A DNA stretch of 64,000 nt from a virus. This document shows, one piece after another, positions 14,327-22,216 of the stretch. Each line of letters opens with the position of its first letter. Positions within the stretch are counted from its first letter, which is position 1. The stretch lies in the IMG/VR virus record IMGVR_UViG_3300005538_000001; one strand, written 5' to 3'. The notes under the pieces are model-generated. The model was not told the DNA's origin and did not search any database. It saw nothing but the letters and a program-made list of their open reading frames with translations. Both the position numbers and the translations under genes were made by a program.

Positions 14327-15504
14327 GCCTCGTTGACACGTCAAGGATCGAGCGCAAACTCGCGGAGAATGTTGATCCGAAAATCACCTCGGAGTTGGCG
14401 ATCTCCACTAAAGCTGGCGGCCTTGAGTTCGTCAATATGTCTGAACTCATGCAGTTTTCCAAATTGATGGCGCTGTCCAGCATCGCCATCCCGAAACATC
14501 TGCGCGGCAACCCGGGCGCGTGTCTCGGCATCTGCATCCAGGCCATCGAATGGCAGATGTCGCCATACGCGGTCGCCAACAAGAGCTATTCGGTCAACGA
14601 CCGCCTGGCTTACGAGGCGCAACTCATCGAGGCCGTGATCCTGCGCCGCGCCCCGATCAAGGGGCGTCCCAAGGTCGAATACGAGGGCAATGGCGATGCC
14701 AAAGTGTGCCGGGTCTGGGCCGAGTTGCGCGACGAGCCGGGCGAAATTGTCGAATATCGATCGCCGCCGTTTGGGCGCATAACACCAAAGAACAGCCCGC
14801 TTTGGAAAACCGACCCGGACCAGCAGCAGTTTTACTACAGCGTCCGCGCGTGGTGCCGGCGGCATTTCCCCGACGTGCTGCTCGGCGTCTACGCCCGCGA
14901 CGAACTGCCAGAGCCGCAACGCCCGGCCGCGGCCGTCGGCGTTGTCCGCAGTGGCGGGGGCCTGACCGCCAGCCTTGACCGATTGGCCGATGGGACGCCA
15001 GCCGAACCAGAGGTGATTGACCCGGATACGGGCGAGGTCCTGACGGGCGATGCCGAGGAGCGGCCCGACGTCCAGATCGACGCCGAGGCCGAGATGGCGC
15101 AACACGAACCAGAAAGCGAGGTGATGCCGAGTGACGATGCGGGCGCAAGTTCCCAAATTCTGCTGGCCGGATCTAGAACGTCGAACGCACCAGATAGATC
15201 CGGTGTAACGCCGCCCCGTCCTGCTCAGAGCGAGCCGGGCGGGGCGGAATCCGCCAAGGTAGCCCGCGACCAGCTCGATATCCCGCCCGAGCTGGACCGG
15301 CGCGAACCGCGCGACGAGGCCGGCTACCGCGCCATGGCCGAGCGCCGGATCGCCGAGATGGATGACCCGGCGCGATCGCAAGCTTGGTTGGTCAGCGATC
15401 AGCAGCACGCGCTGCGCCGGCAGTGCGGGGTGAGCAAGGAGGCCTATGGCGCGCTGATGGCCATGGCGAAGGCACGGGCGGCCGAACTGCGGGGGATGAA
15501 ATGA
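14323..15504 (+). CDS. recT: RecT-family single-strand annealing protein with extended acidic C-terminal region
   Basis: 393 aa. The core is MQFSKLMALSSIAIPKHLRGNPGACLGICIQAIEWQMSPYAVANKSY. Paired with the exonuclease gene. Confidence 0.65.
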   Translation: MSLVDTSRIERKLAENVDPKITSELAISTKAGGLEFVNMSELMQFSKLMALSSIAIPKHLRGNPGACLGICIQAIEWQMSPYAVANKSYSVNDRLAYEAQLIEAVILRRAPIKGRPKVEYEGNGDAKVCRVWAELRDEPGEIVEYRSPPFGRITPKNSPLWKTDPDQQQFYYSVRAWCRRHFPDVLLGVYARDELPEPQRPAAAVGVVRSGGGLTASLDRLADGTPAEPEVIDPDTGEVLTGDAEERPDVQIDAEAEMAQHEPESEVMPSDDAGASSQILLAGSRTSNAPDRSGVTPPRPAQSEPGGAESAKVARDQLDIPPELDRREPRDEAGYRAMAERRIAEMDDPARSQAWLVSDQQHALRRQCGVSKEAYGALMAMAKARAAELRGMK

Positions 15505-15806
15505 TTACCGACGCGCAGATCGAGGCGGCGTTGGACGCTCACTGGAAAGCAAGGTGCTCTGGAGATCCGAGGACGTCCATGCGCGCCGCCCTCGAAGCCG
15601 CCGTGCTGGCGGACCTGCGGACCGCACAGAAATTCGAGCCGGTTGGAAATGTGATCGGGCCGGCCCGGCGCGCCGGAGCCGAAGCGATGCGAGAGCGGGC
15701 GGCGAAACTTGTCTGCGCCCTCGTGAGAGAGGACCATCCCACCAGGATCGAAGATTTTGCATTTGATGCGGCGGACGCCATCCGTGCCCTGCCGGTGGAG
15801 GACTGA
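15501..15806 (+). CDS. hypothetical protein
   Basis: Trimmed to ATG 15501 (MITDAQIEAALDAHWKARCSG...). ATGA overlap with the recT stop. Confidence 0.5.
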   Translation: MITDAQIEAALDAHWKARCSGDPRTSMRAALEAAVLADLRTAQKFEPVGNVIGPARRAGAEAMRERAAKLVCALVREDHPTRIEDFAFDAADAIRALPVED

Positions 15807-15904
15807 GCCGTGACCAGCACTCCGGGAGGCGGGAGGATGACCGAGCGCCAACGCCCCCCGCTGGCCTTCCTGCCCCGAGGGCTCAACCGCGAGGAGGCGG
15901 AAGG

Positions 15905-16183
15905 ATGAGCGGAGGAGCCGCCGGCTTCGGCCATGGACATGCGGCAGGGGCCATGATCCGCCACCAATACGGAGATGCTTACTTGGGGCAGATCAAAGAT
16001 GAGACCGGCAAGGAACTGCTGGAGCGCGGGATAGGAGGCTACGTCGTGGCTCCCGCCCCGAAGCCAGAGCCCAAAGGCCGGATGTCATGGCCGGGAGCCG
16101 TCGCCATTATTGCGGTTGCAGCCTTTCTCGTGTTCGCGGCGTGCTGGGTCTACTGGGAGAACTTGCCGGGGGAAGGATTCTAA
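15905..16183 (+). CDS. hypothetical protein with C-terminal TM helix
   Basis: 92 aa. The TM segment WPGAVAIIAVAAFLVFAACWVYW. Confidence 0.45.
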   Translation: MSGGAAGFGHGHAAGAMIRHQYGDAYLGQIKDETGKELLERGIGGYVVAPAPKPEPKGRMSWPGAVAIIAVAAFLVFAACWVYWENLPGEGF

Positions 16184-16185
16184 GC

Positions 16186-16440
16186 GTGACCGATCCCCGC
16201 CTCCTCACGAAATCCGAAGCCGCAACCTATTGCCGCTGCAGCCTGTCCGCCTTCGACGACTGGATCCGCCGCGGGATCATGCCGGGCTCTATCCCCGGAA
16301 CTCACCGCTGGGATCGCAAGGCCATCGACCGCGCCCTGGACAAGCTCAGCGGCATCGTTCCACAATCCGACACAGCGACAGCCTATGACGAGTGGAAGGC
16401 GAAGAGAGCGGCCCGTGCGCTTGCGCCTCAAGGGCATTAA
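16186..16440 (+). CDS. xis: excisionase/AlpA-like HTH protein
   Basis: GTG 16186 follows the SD GGAAGGA. LLTKSEAATYCRCSLSAFDDWIRRGIMPGSIPGTHRWDRKAID is a typical excisionase-family HTH. Lies directly upstream of the integrase. Confidence 0.65.
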   Translation: MTDPRLLTKSEAATYCRCSLSAFDDWIRRGIMPGSIPGTHRWDRKAIDRALDKLSGIVPQSDTATAYDEWKAKRAARALAPQGH

Positions 16441-17548
16441 CTGGGTCAGGAAGCGCCTCGCCGACGGCCGCACCGTCACCCATTACTACGCCTGGAGGGG
16501 CGGCCCGAAGCTCAAGGGCGAGCCGGGAACACCGGAATTCATCGCCTCCTACCAGGAGGCCCACAAGTTCCGCACCAAGCCCGCGCAGGGAACGCTGTTC
16601 TCGCTGATCGTCAACTTCCGCGGGTCGGCCGAATACACGAGCCAGATCAGCCCCTCGACCCGCCGCGCCTATGCCGCCTACCTCAAGGAAATCGAGGCCG
16701 AATTCGGCGATATGCCGATTGCCGTGATCGAGGACAAGCGCACTCGGGGGGATTTCAAGGAATGGCGCGACAAGATGGCCGCGAACCCACGCCGGGCAGA
16801 CTATGCGTGGGCAACGCTCGCCCGGGTGCTCTCGGTCGCGAAGGACCGCGGCCTGATCACGGTCAATCCCTGCGAGCGCGGAGGACGCCTGTACGCGGGA
16901 GGTCGCGCCGGGCACGTCTGGAGCGAGGCAGACATTGGACGCATCCTTGCCGCCGCCAAGCCCGAGATGAAGCTCGTTGTGATGCTCGCTCTATGGACCG
17001 GCCAGCGACAAGGCGACCTGCTGGCCCTCCCATGGTCAGCGTATGACGGAGAGAGGATCACGCTGCGCCAGTCGAAAACTGATGCCTCGATCGCGGTCAA
17101 GGTCGGGGGACCGCTCAAGGTGTTCCTCGATCGCGCGCCGAGAAAGGCCGAAACGATCCTGACGACGCAGCGGGGCACCCCGTGGACCTCGGACGGCTTC
17201 CGTGCGTCCTGGCGCAAGCTGTGCGCCCGAGCCCAGATCAAGGAATTGACGTTCCACGATCTGCGCGGTTCGGCGGTCACGCGCCTGGCGCTCGCCGGGG
17301 CATCGGTCCCGGAGATCGCGAGCGTAACGGGACACTCGCTCGCCGACGTCGCGACCATCCTGGACCGGCATTACCTGGGAGAACGAACCGCGCTCGCCGA
17401 GCAGGCGATCACCAAGCTCGAGGCGAAGGAAAACGGAACGGCGGTTTCAATCCGGTTTCAAACCGATCACCCGAGTGAACTCAAGATCTCCGCTAAGTCT
17501 TTGAAGGGCTTGGTGGGCGCACAAGGACTCGAACCTTGGACCCGCTGA
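16385..17548 (+). CDS. int: tyrosine integrase
   Basis: 387 aa. LALWTGQRQGDL (catalytic R), TFHDLRGSAVTRLA (H-x-x-R) and GHSLADVATILDRHY (H..Y). An alternative start is GTG 16415. The last codons are encoded by the tRNA-like att core. Confidence 0.9.
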   Translation: MTSGRRRERPVRLRLKGINWVRKRLADGRTVTHYYAWRGGPKLKGEPGTPEFIASYQEAHKFRTKPAQGTLFSLIVNFRGSAEYTSQISPSTRRAYAAYLKEIEAEFGDMPIAVIEDKRTRGDFKEWRDKMAANPRRADYAWATLARVLSVAKDRGLITVNPCERGGRLYAGGRAGHVWSEADIGRILAAAKPEMKLVVMLALWTGQRQGDLLALPWSAYDGERITLRQSKTDASIAVKVGGPLKVFLDRAPRKAETILTTQRGTPWTSDGFRASWRKLCARAQIKELTFHDLRGSAVTRLALAGASVPEIASVTGHSLADVATILDRHYLGERTALAEQAITKLEAKENGTAVSIRFQTDHPSELKISAKSLKGLVGAQGLEPWTR

Positions 17549-17555
17549 TTAAGAG
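17511..17555 (-). other. att core: 3-prime half of tRNA-Lys(CUU), anticodon loop through CCA; not a complete tRNA
   Basis: The reverse complement reads CTCTTAA-TCAGC-GGGTC-CAAGG-TTCGAGT-CCTTG-TGCGCCC-A-CCA. The adjacent 5 nt (GTGGC) cannot pair as the anticodon stem, and no D arm follows. Confidence 0.75.
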
Positions 17556-17670
17556 GCCACTGGTACGCGAAGATTATCAACAGGTTAGCCTCAAACTCCA
17601 ACCAATCGCGCCCATTGACGGATAAGGGGATTTAGCCAGATTTCAAACCAGCGAGCAAGGGACCGAGCCT

Positions 17671-17817
17671 ATGACGAAGGATGAAATGAGAGCCGGATTT
17701 CTGCGGGGACGAACCCTAGTCCAAGAAGAATGGGCGGACCCAGGTGAAATCCGAGCGGTGGACGAATTGATAGCCGAAGGCGTCGCCGTTTCTACGCCGT
17801 GGGAGTACAATACTTAG
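17671..17817 (+). CDS. 48-aa hypothetical ORF
   Basis: My translation: MTKDEMRAGFLRGRTLVQEEWADPGEIRAVDELIAEGVAVSTPWEYNT*. AAGGGA lies 8-13 nt upstream. Its 3-prime end overlaps the convergent RHH gene by 4 nt. Confidence 0.35.
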   Translation: MTKDEMRAGFLRGRTLVQEEWADPGEIRAVDELIAEGVAVSTPWEYNT

Positions 17818-18011
17818 CAGGGATCATGGGGAGCACCGGCACCGGTTGCGGCACCGGAACGGGTCAAACGCCCTGCCCTCGCCCATTCGATCAGGACGGT
17901 GGCAACCGATACATCCTCGCCCCTGGCCGCCGCTTCCGCTTCCAGCTGCGCCCGCAGATCATTCGGGATTCGGATGGTGAGTCGGGTCGAGCGCGTCGTG
18001 CTGTTCGGCAT
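17814..18011 (-). CDS. ribbon-helix-helix (Arc/Mnt/CopG-like) regulator
   Basis: 65 aa. TRLTIRIPNDLRAQLEAEAAARGEDVSVATVLIEWA shows the beta-strand then helix-helix pattern of RHH proteins. Confidence 0.65.
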   Translation of the reverse strand: MPNSTTRSTRLTIRIPNDLRAQLEAEAAARGEDVSVATVLIEWARAGRLTRSGAATGAGAPHDPC

Positions 18012-18040
18012 GCACGCGCTATAGCATCAATCCCGTCCCT

Positions 18041-18102
18041 GGTGTCATGCACCTCCCGTATAGGTGCCATGCACCATTGGCTGTTGCAGGTGTCATGCAC
18101 CT
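18041..18102. promoter_or_regulatory. three near-palindromic 14-bp repeats GGTG(T/C)CATGCACC(T/A); candidate RHH operators
   Basis: Copies at 18041-18054, 18063-18076 and 18089-18102, plus a CATGCAC core over the RHH start codon (18009-18015). They lie between the divergent genes 17814..18011 (-) and 18166..18384 (+). Confidence 0.6.
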
Positions 18103-18165
18103 GGGGTAGTCTCCAATCATCGAGACGGGAGCAAGACAGGGCTTCCCTATGGATGGAGATGGAAG

Positions 18166-18384
18166 ATGACTCGCCCGCGTGCTGCTGAGATGGTCAAGCC
18201 AAGCGATATCAGCCACGACGAGTGGCTGTTCCGTCTGACCACTGAACGCAACGATCTGATGCGACAGCTTCGTAAGTCGGTACACACGCGCGGGAACACC
18301 ATGCAGTCCTACTTCAATCGGTTGGACCGCGCGATTGCCAAAGCCAAAGCCAGCGTGGAACGCCAGTTATCGAACCTGTCGTAA
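18166..18384 (+). CDS. 72-aa helical hypothetical protein
   Basis: Trimmed to ATG 18166 after GGAGATGGAAG (MTRPRAAEMVKPSDISHDEWLFRLTTERNDLMRQL...). Confidence 0.45.
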   Translation: MTRPRAAEMVKPSDISHDEWLFRLTTERNDLMRQLRKSVHTRGNTMQSYFNRLDRAIAKAKASVERQLSNLS

Positions 18385-18579
18385 CCGATCCTGTGCGGCA
18401 AACCGCTCGCGGGTCTCACGCTGGTGAAGATCGCCCACGCCGCGCATGATCGCTTCCTTTGCCCTGCGAACGAGCTCGCCGGCCTCTGTGTAGTCTGTAT
18501 GTGGCGGCAAGCTTTCAATTCGCAAAGCGAGTGTATCCAGTTCGTTGCTGATGGCCTTAGCCTCAAATTGATCGTTCAT
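18367..18579 (-). CDS. 70-aa helical hypothetical protein
   Basis: MNDQFEAKAISNELDTLALRIESLPP... The SD AAAGGA lies upstream. Convergent with, and overlapping, ORF 18166..18384. Confidence 0.45.
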   Translation of the reverse strand: MNDQFEAKAISNELDTLALRIESLPPHTDYTEAGELVRRAKEAIMRGVGDLHQRETRERFAAQDRLRQVR

Positions 18580-18664
18580 GGCTTATCCTTTCGAATTCAC
18601 CGCCCGCCGCCCCGGGGCCAAGCAGGGGCTCAATGCCGCAGCGCGATCGTGAGCGTGACGGCGG

Positions 18665-18874
18665 TCACGGCCGATCTCGGGCCGACTTCTCTCCGCGTTC
18701 TTTGTACATCGCAGAATTGCGCGTCGATTCCAGCAGTTCGGTCATGCGGCTGTTGATAATGACGTGAATTTCTGCAATTTGCCGGCCGTTCTCTCGCGAT
18801 TTCAGGAACGCAAAGAGCGACCCCAGCGCAGAAAGGCTTATACCGATCAGCGAGGCTATATGTTCAGTCGTCAT
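18665..18874 (-). CDS. small membrane protein (distal end of lysis cluster)
   Basis: 69 aa. N-terminal TM IASLIGISLSALGSLFAFL. Confidence 0.45.
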   Translation of the reverse strand: MTTEHIASLIGISLSALGSLFAFLKSRENGRQIAEIHVIINSRMTELLESTRNSAMYKERGEKSARDRP

Positions 18875-18894
18875 GGATCGCCACCTCAGTCCCG

Positions 18895-19275
18895 TCAGTC
18901 ATCGGTTCGTTCGCGTCGCCGCCTCTCCGCGCCTTCCTCGCGGCCTTCGATGCGGCCGATCGCGCGGTCGAAATTGCCCAGTTGCTCCCGCATTGCGTCG
19001 TGCCGCTTGATGTTCTCGCGATGCAGCATCATCATGTCGGTTGACATATCCTTGATCATGGTTTCGAGCCTCGCGATCAAGGCGGCGCGTTCTTCGATTT
19101 CCCGCTTTTCCAGCTCGCGGATGAGCTTGGTCAGGTTATCCTCGCGCGTGCGGAAGCGATCGGCCATCCCCCAAGCCGCGCCCCATATTCCGACGAGGAT
19201 CCCGAACAAGACGCCGGCCCCATGCAGTGCGAGGGCGATCCACGAGGACGCCTCGCCCTCACCACCATTTGCCAT
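18895..19275 (-). CDS. N-terminal TM plus coiled-coil protein (i-spanin-like topology)
   Basis: 126 aa. WIALALHGAGVLFGILVGIWGAAWG is followed by a long charged helix (LTKLIRELEKREIEERAALIARLE...). Confidence 0.35.
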   Translation of the reverse strand: MANGGEGEASSWIALALHGAGVLFGILVGIWGAAWGMADRFRTREDNLTKLIRELEKREIEERAALIARLETMIKDMSTDMMMLHRENIKRHDAMREQLGNFDRAIGRIEGREEGAERRRRERTDD

Positions 19276-19356
19276 GCCACTTGCTCATCCTCACGTGTGG
19301 AGGGTGTAGTCTTTTGTGAGTTGGTTCACGGATGTTTGGCGATTTTTCATCAGGTT

Positions 19357-19791
19357 TTAGAATGACAATCGAGACGAGGATGCCGCCGCTGCTGGACCCG
19401 CCAATTTGGTAGCAGCCTCCTGCGTCGTGACGATGTTGGGCTCGGCTGGATTGAGGGCCGACATCACCATTTCGTGCGGCGCTTTGGCCGTATCGATTAC
19501 GATCATGGTGCCGGGGACGGCCGCCACGGTTGCCTTCTGCGCTGACAGGGACACCCGATAGGCCGCCCACAGGCCGGAGCCGATCGCAATCAGCGTGGAC
19601 ATGCCGCCATAGATGCTGGTCAGGCCGCTGGCGATCTGGTGGATGGCTGCGGTGATCGATTCGGCCTGATCGGAACTCACAAAGTGAAGGCCTGCCGCCA
19701 TGGTGACGGCGCCCATCGCGTAGCTAACGACATGCCGCCCTATCGATACCAGGGAGGCGCTGGACGGCATGGAGATGGTCACGGCAGGCAT
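19357..19791 (-). CDS. membrane protein, holin candidate
   Basis: 144 aa with at least two hydrophobic helices (VVSYAMGAVTMAAGLHFV; IYGGMSTLIAIGSGLWAAY). Lies in the lysis neighbourhood. Confidence 0.35.
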   Translation of the reverse strand: MPAVTISMPSSASLVSIGRHVVSYAMGAVTMAAGLHFVSSDQAESITAAIHQIASGLTSIYGGMSTLIAIGSGLWAAYRVSLSAQKATVAAVPGTMIVIDTAKAPHEMVMSALNPAEPNIVTTQEAATKLAGPAAAASSSRLSF

Positions 19792-19894
19792 TCTCCTTAG
19801 AACCGGGCGGGTTTAGATGCGGTGTCAGTGCGCGATCGCGGGGCCGCATCAACCCTTGAGGACGCCGGTACGCCCTGCGGAAATCTCCCGCGAA

Positions 19895-20146
19895 TTACGT
19901 GGCCTTGGCGCCGAGCAGCTCCTCGACCCTGCTCCATGTCTGATCGCCGACGATGCCGTCGACCTCAAGCCCATGCGCCGTCTGGAACGCCCGGACCTTA
20001 TCGGCCGTCTGCTGGGTATAGGCCAATACCGTAGCCACCTGCTGCGCCTGCGGTATCAGCTTCTCGAGGCCGCCGAACATGCCCACCAGAGCCGCGATCC
20101 CGGCGCGATTGGCATAGATCAGCTCGAGGATGGCGAGGATGTTCAT
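19895..20146 (-). CDS. small protein with peptidoglycan-binding (PG_binding_1-like) motif
   Basis: 83 aa. VRAFQTAHGLEVDGIVGDQTWSRVEELL matches the FQ..GL..DG..G..TW motif. Hydrophobic N-terminus. Confidence 0.55.
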   Translation of the reverse strand: MNILAILELIYANRAGIAALVGMFGGLEKLIPQAQQVATVLAYTQQTADKVRAFQTAHGLEVDGIVGDQTWSRVEELLGAKAT

Positions 20147-20149
20147 GGC

Positions 20150-20404
20150 TCACCCTGTAGAGATCGATCCAGGCGGGCACCAGTGCCACAGCAGATGTGT
20201 GGCGACTGCGCCAAGGAACAGGCCGATGAGCAAGCCGCCGAGAAAGATCGACAGCGGGAACTTGCTACCGACCCGATACAGGAACAGCGACAGCGTGTCG
20301 TGACGGGTGGGATAGCGCAGCCCTTTCCACTCAAAATAGGCGAAGGCTGCGCACCCTATCATCAGCCATACCGGAATGCCGATGAGCCACGGTAAATCCA
20401 TCAC
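20150..20404 (-). CDS. two-TM membrane protein, holin candidate
   Basis: 84 aa. LIGIPVWLMIGCAAFAYF and LSIFLGGLLIGLFLGAVATHLLW. Confidence 0.4.
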   Translation of the reverse strand: MMDLPWLIGIPVWLMIGCAAFAYFEWKGLRYPTRHDTLSLFLYRVGSKFPLSIFLGGLLIGLFLGAVATHLLWHWCPPGSISTG

Positions 20405-20586
20405 GTAGGCGGCTTGGTCTGATCGAGCGCCGGGCTGTTGGGCTGCCCCGGCGTGATGTGGCTGATGAGCGCGCTGATCGCGTCTTCGACCGTCTTTACC
20501 TCGCCCGAATTGAGGATCGTCTCGATTGCTGTCACGAGAGCGGGAAGCTTTTCGAACAGCATCGTCAGGGTAGAAAAATTGAACAT
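20401..20586 (-). CDS. hypothetical protein
   Basis: 61-aa ORF coupled to its downstream neighbour. Confidence 0.4.
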   Translation of the reverse strand: MFNFSTLTMLFEKLPALVTAIETILNSGEVKTVEDAISALISHITPGQPNSPALDQTKPPT

Positions 20587-20603
20587 TACATTTGCTCCTT
20601 GTT

Positions 20604-21842
20604 TCAGACAGTTATGAACTGCCAGTCAACGACACCCTTGCCGTCGATTCCGATTGCGGCAGCTGCCGCTGGTGTAAGATCGATCCCGGCGTGATTGGTA
20701 TGACGCCCGGTCGTATCGATGCCGCTTTCGGCTTGCGGTCGCGATCCGGTCGTCCAGTAGGGATCGTTGATGTTCCATGGGCCGACGTCGACGATTTTGC
20801 ACGTAACGGACTTGCCGTTCGCCGGGTTGGTCACGACGACCTCGGGAGTTATCGTCGTGAAATGGTACGGCAGCGCGCATCCGGGCTGGGTCGGATCAAT
20901 GGGCAGCCCTGTGTACGCGGATTTCTGCGCGTCGCCCGAGCCTCCAAACATGGTGGCGGTGATACCGGTCATCTTGGGCCATTGTGCCGGCACTACGGGC
21001 GCGGCAGCCACCCCGGGCGGGGCCTGTACGTGGGTCGGAGAACCCTGCGGCATGGTCACCGGGCCGGTTGACGGCACGGGCACGGATTTGGGCCACCAAT
21101 AGCCGACCAGCCCGAAATTGCCGGCAGACCGCGGCAGCGCTTCGATTTGGACCATGTTGTTCTCGTTGCCGCCGAGAATCCAAAGGTTGTTGCCCAGCTC
21201 GCCCCGGTAGAAGCCGACGTGCCCGAGGCCCGAGGACGGCGAGCCGCGCCAGAACACGGCAAGGGCGCCGAGCGTCGGGGCGGACAACTGGATGTAGTCC
21301 GTGTCGGTGCGGAAGCTCTGCGAACTCGGTGACTTGGTGCCGGGAATGCCGACGCTTTCGAGCGCCGCATTCGCAAAGATCGCGCACCAGGGGTCGCCGG
21401 GACTCCCGCATTTTGCGAGGGAGCGATACCGCGCGATTGCCGGCCCGTCGTTGCTCGATCCGATCTCGGCGGTGCCGATTTCTTTGAGTGCCCACTTGAA
21501 CCACGGCGGGGCAGCCGCGAACGGGTCGCTTGAGACGGGAGCCGGGCTCGGCGCCGGAGCGGGAGCGGGATGCAGCGGCGCGGGAGCGGGGATGGGCGCG
21601 GGGAGTGGTGCCGGCGCTGGATGCAGCGGCGCGGGAGCGGGCGCCGGAACAGGCGGGACAGGTGCCGGCACTGGCACTGGCGCCGCCGGCTGCTGCCGCT
21701 TGACGACCCACGAAATGAGCCGCAGCAGAATGACGGTCGTGACCGCGGAGCGCACGGCCCCGCCGAGCCACATCAGCAGGATCACGACCCACGGCAGATA
21801 TTGCAGCAGGTCGGAAACGTGGCCGGGGATTTCTGCGCTCAT
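20604..21842 (-). CDS. membrane-anchored two-domain endolysin (NlpC/P60-CHAP-like TIGR02594-type domain plus RlpA-like DPBB domain)
   Basis: 412 aa. N-terminal hydrophobic anchor and a Pro/Ala linker. PWFKWALKEIGTAE...GDPWCAIFANAALE...GHVGFYRGE...ILGGNENN is the Cys-His peptidase pattern. The C-terminal VTCKIVDVGPWNINDPYW...AGIDLTPAAAAAIG is like RlpA/3D double-psi beta-barrels. Confidence 0.7.
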   Translation of the reverse strand: MSAEIPGHVSDLLQYLPWVVILLMWLGGAVRSAVTTVILLRLISWVVKRQQPAAPVPVPAPVPPVPAPAPAPLHPAPAPLPAPIPAPAPLHPAPAPAPSPAPVSSDPFAAAPPWFKWALKEIGTAEIGSSNDGPAIARYRSLAKCGSPGDPWCAIFANAALESVGIPGTKSPSSQSFRTDTDYIQLSAPTLGALAVFWRGSPSSGLGHVGFYRGELGNNLWILGGNENNMVQIEALPRSAGNFGLVGYWWPKSVPVPSTGPVTMPQGSPTHVQAPPGVAAAPVVPAQWPKMTGITATMFGGSGDAQKSAYTGLPIDPTQPGCALPYHFTTITPEVVVTNPANGKSVTCKIVDVGPWNINDPYWTTGSRPQAESGIDTTGRHTNHAGIDLTPAAAAAIGIDGKGVVDWQFITV

Positions 21843-21844
21843 GT

Positions 21845-22216
21845 TCAGGGCTTCGTTTCCGCGGGAGCCGGCGCGGGTTCCGGCTTTGCGGCCTCCGCCT
21901 TGGCTCTCGCTGCATCCGCATCCGCGCGGGCCTTGGCTGCGTCGGCGTCGGCCCTTGCCCTCAAGGCGCCCTGCTGCGCCTGCCCGGTGGAATTGGCAAT
22001 CGCGGCAACCGTGTTGCGCACCGCCTGGCAGGACTTGCGGTCCCCGTCGTTCGAGGCGATCGAGGCGAGGCAGTCGGTCAACTGCAGCGGCAATTGCCCG
22101 ATCACCTGCTGGTCCTGATCGGTCAACTTGATGGTGATCTCGATTGACTTGGCGGGGGAGGCCCCGGCGAGCAGCATCGATCCGGTTACAAGCAACGCCA
22201 GCCTATTCGTCCGCAT
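21845..22216 (-). CDS. secreted hypothetical protein with Ala/Asp-rich C-terminus
   Basis: 123 aa. Signal-like MRTNRLALLVTGSMLLAGASPA. Confidence 0.5.
   Translation of the reverse strand: MRTNRLALLVTGSMLLAGASPAKSIEITIKLTDQDQQVIGQLPLQLTDCLASIASNDGDRKSCQAVRNTVAAIANSTGQAQQGALRARADADAAKARADADAARAKAEAAKPEPAPAPAETKP

Noticed and set aside
17511-17590. A complete tRNA-Lys gene at the integrase 3-prime end.
   Set aside because: Only the anticodon loop through CCA is present. The sequence where the anticodon-stem 5-prime strand, D arm and acceptor 5-prime strand should be does not fit a cloverleaf. I interpret it as the att core.
17814-18011. RHH gene as the antitoxin of a type II toxin-antitoxin pair.
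   Set aside because: No co-directional toxin-sized ORF follows or precedes it. Its neighbours are convergent or divergent mini-ORFs. I kept it as an orphan regulator; see the immI-like finding.
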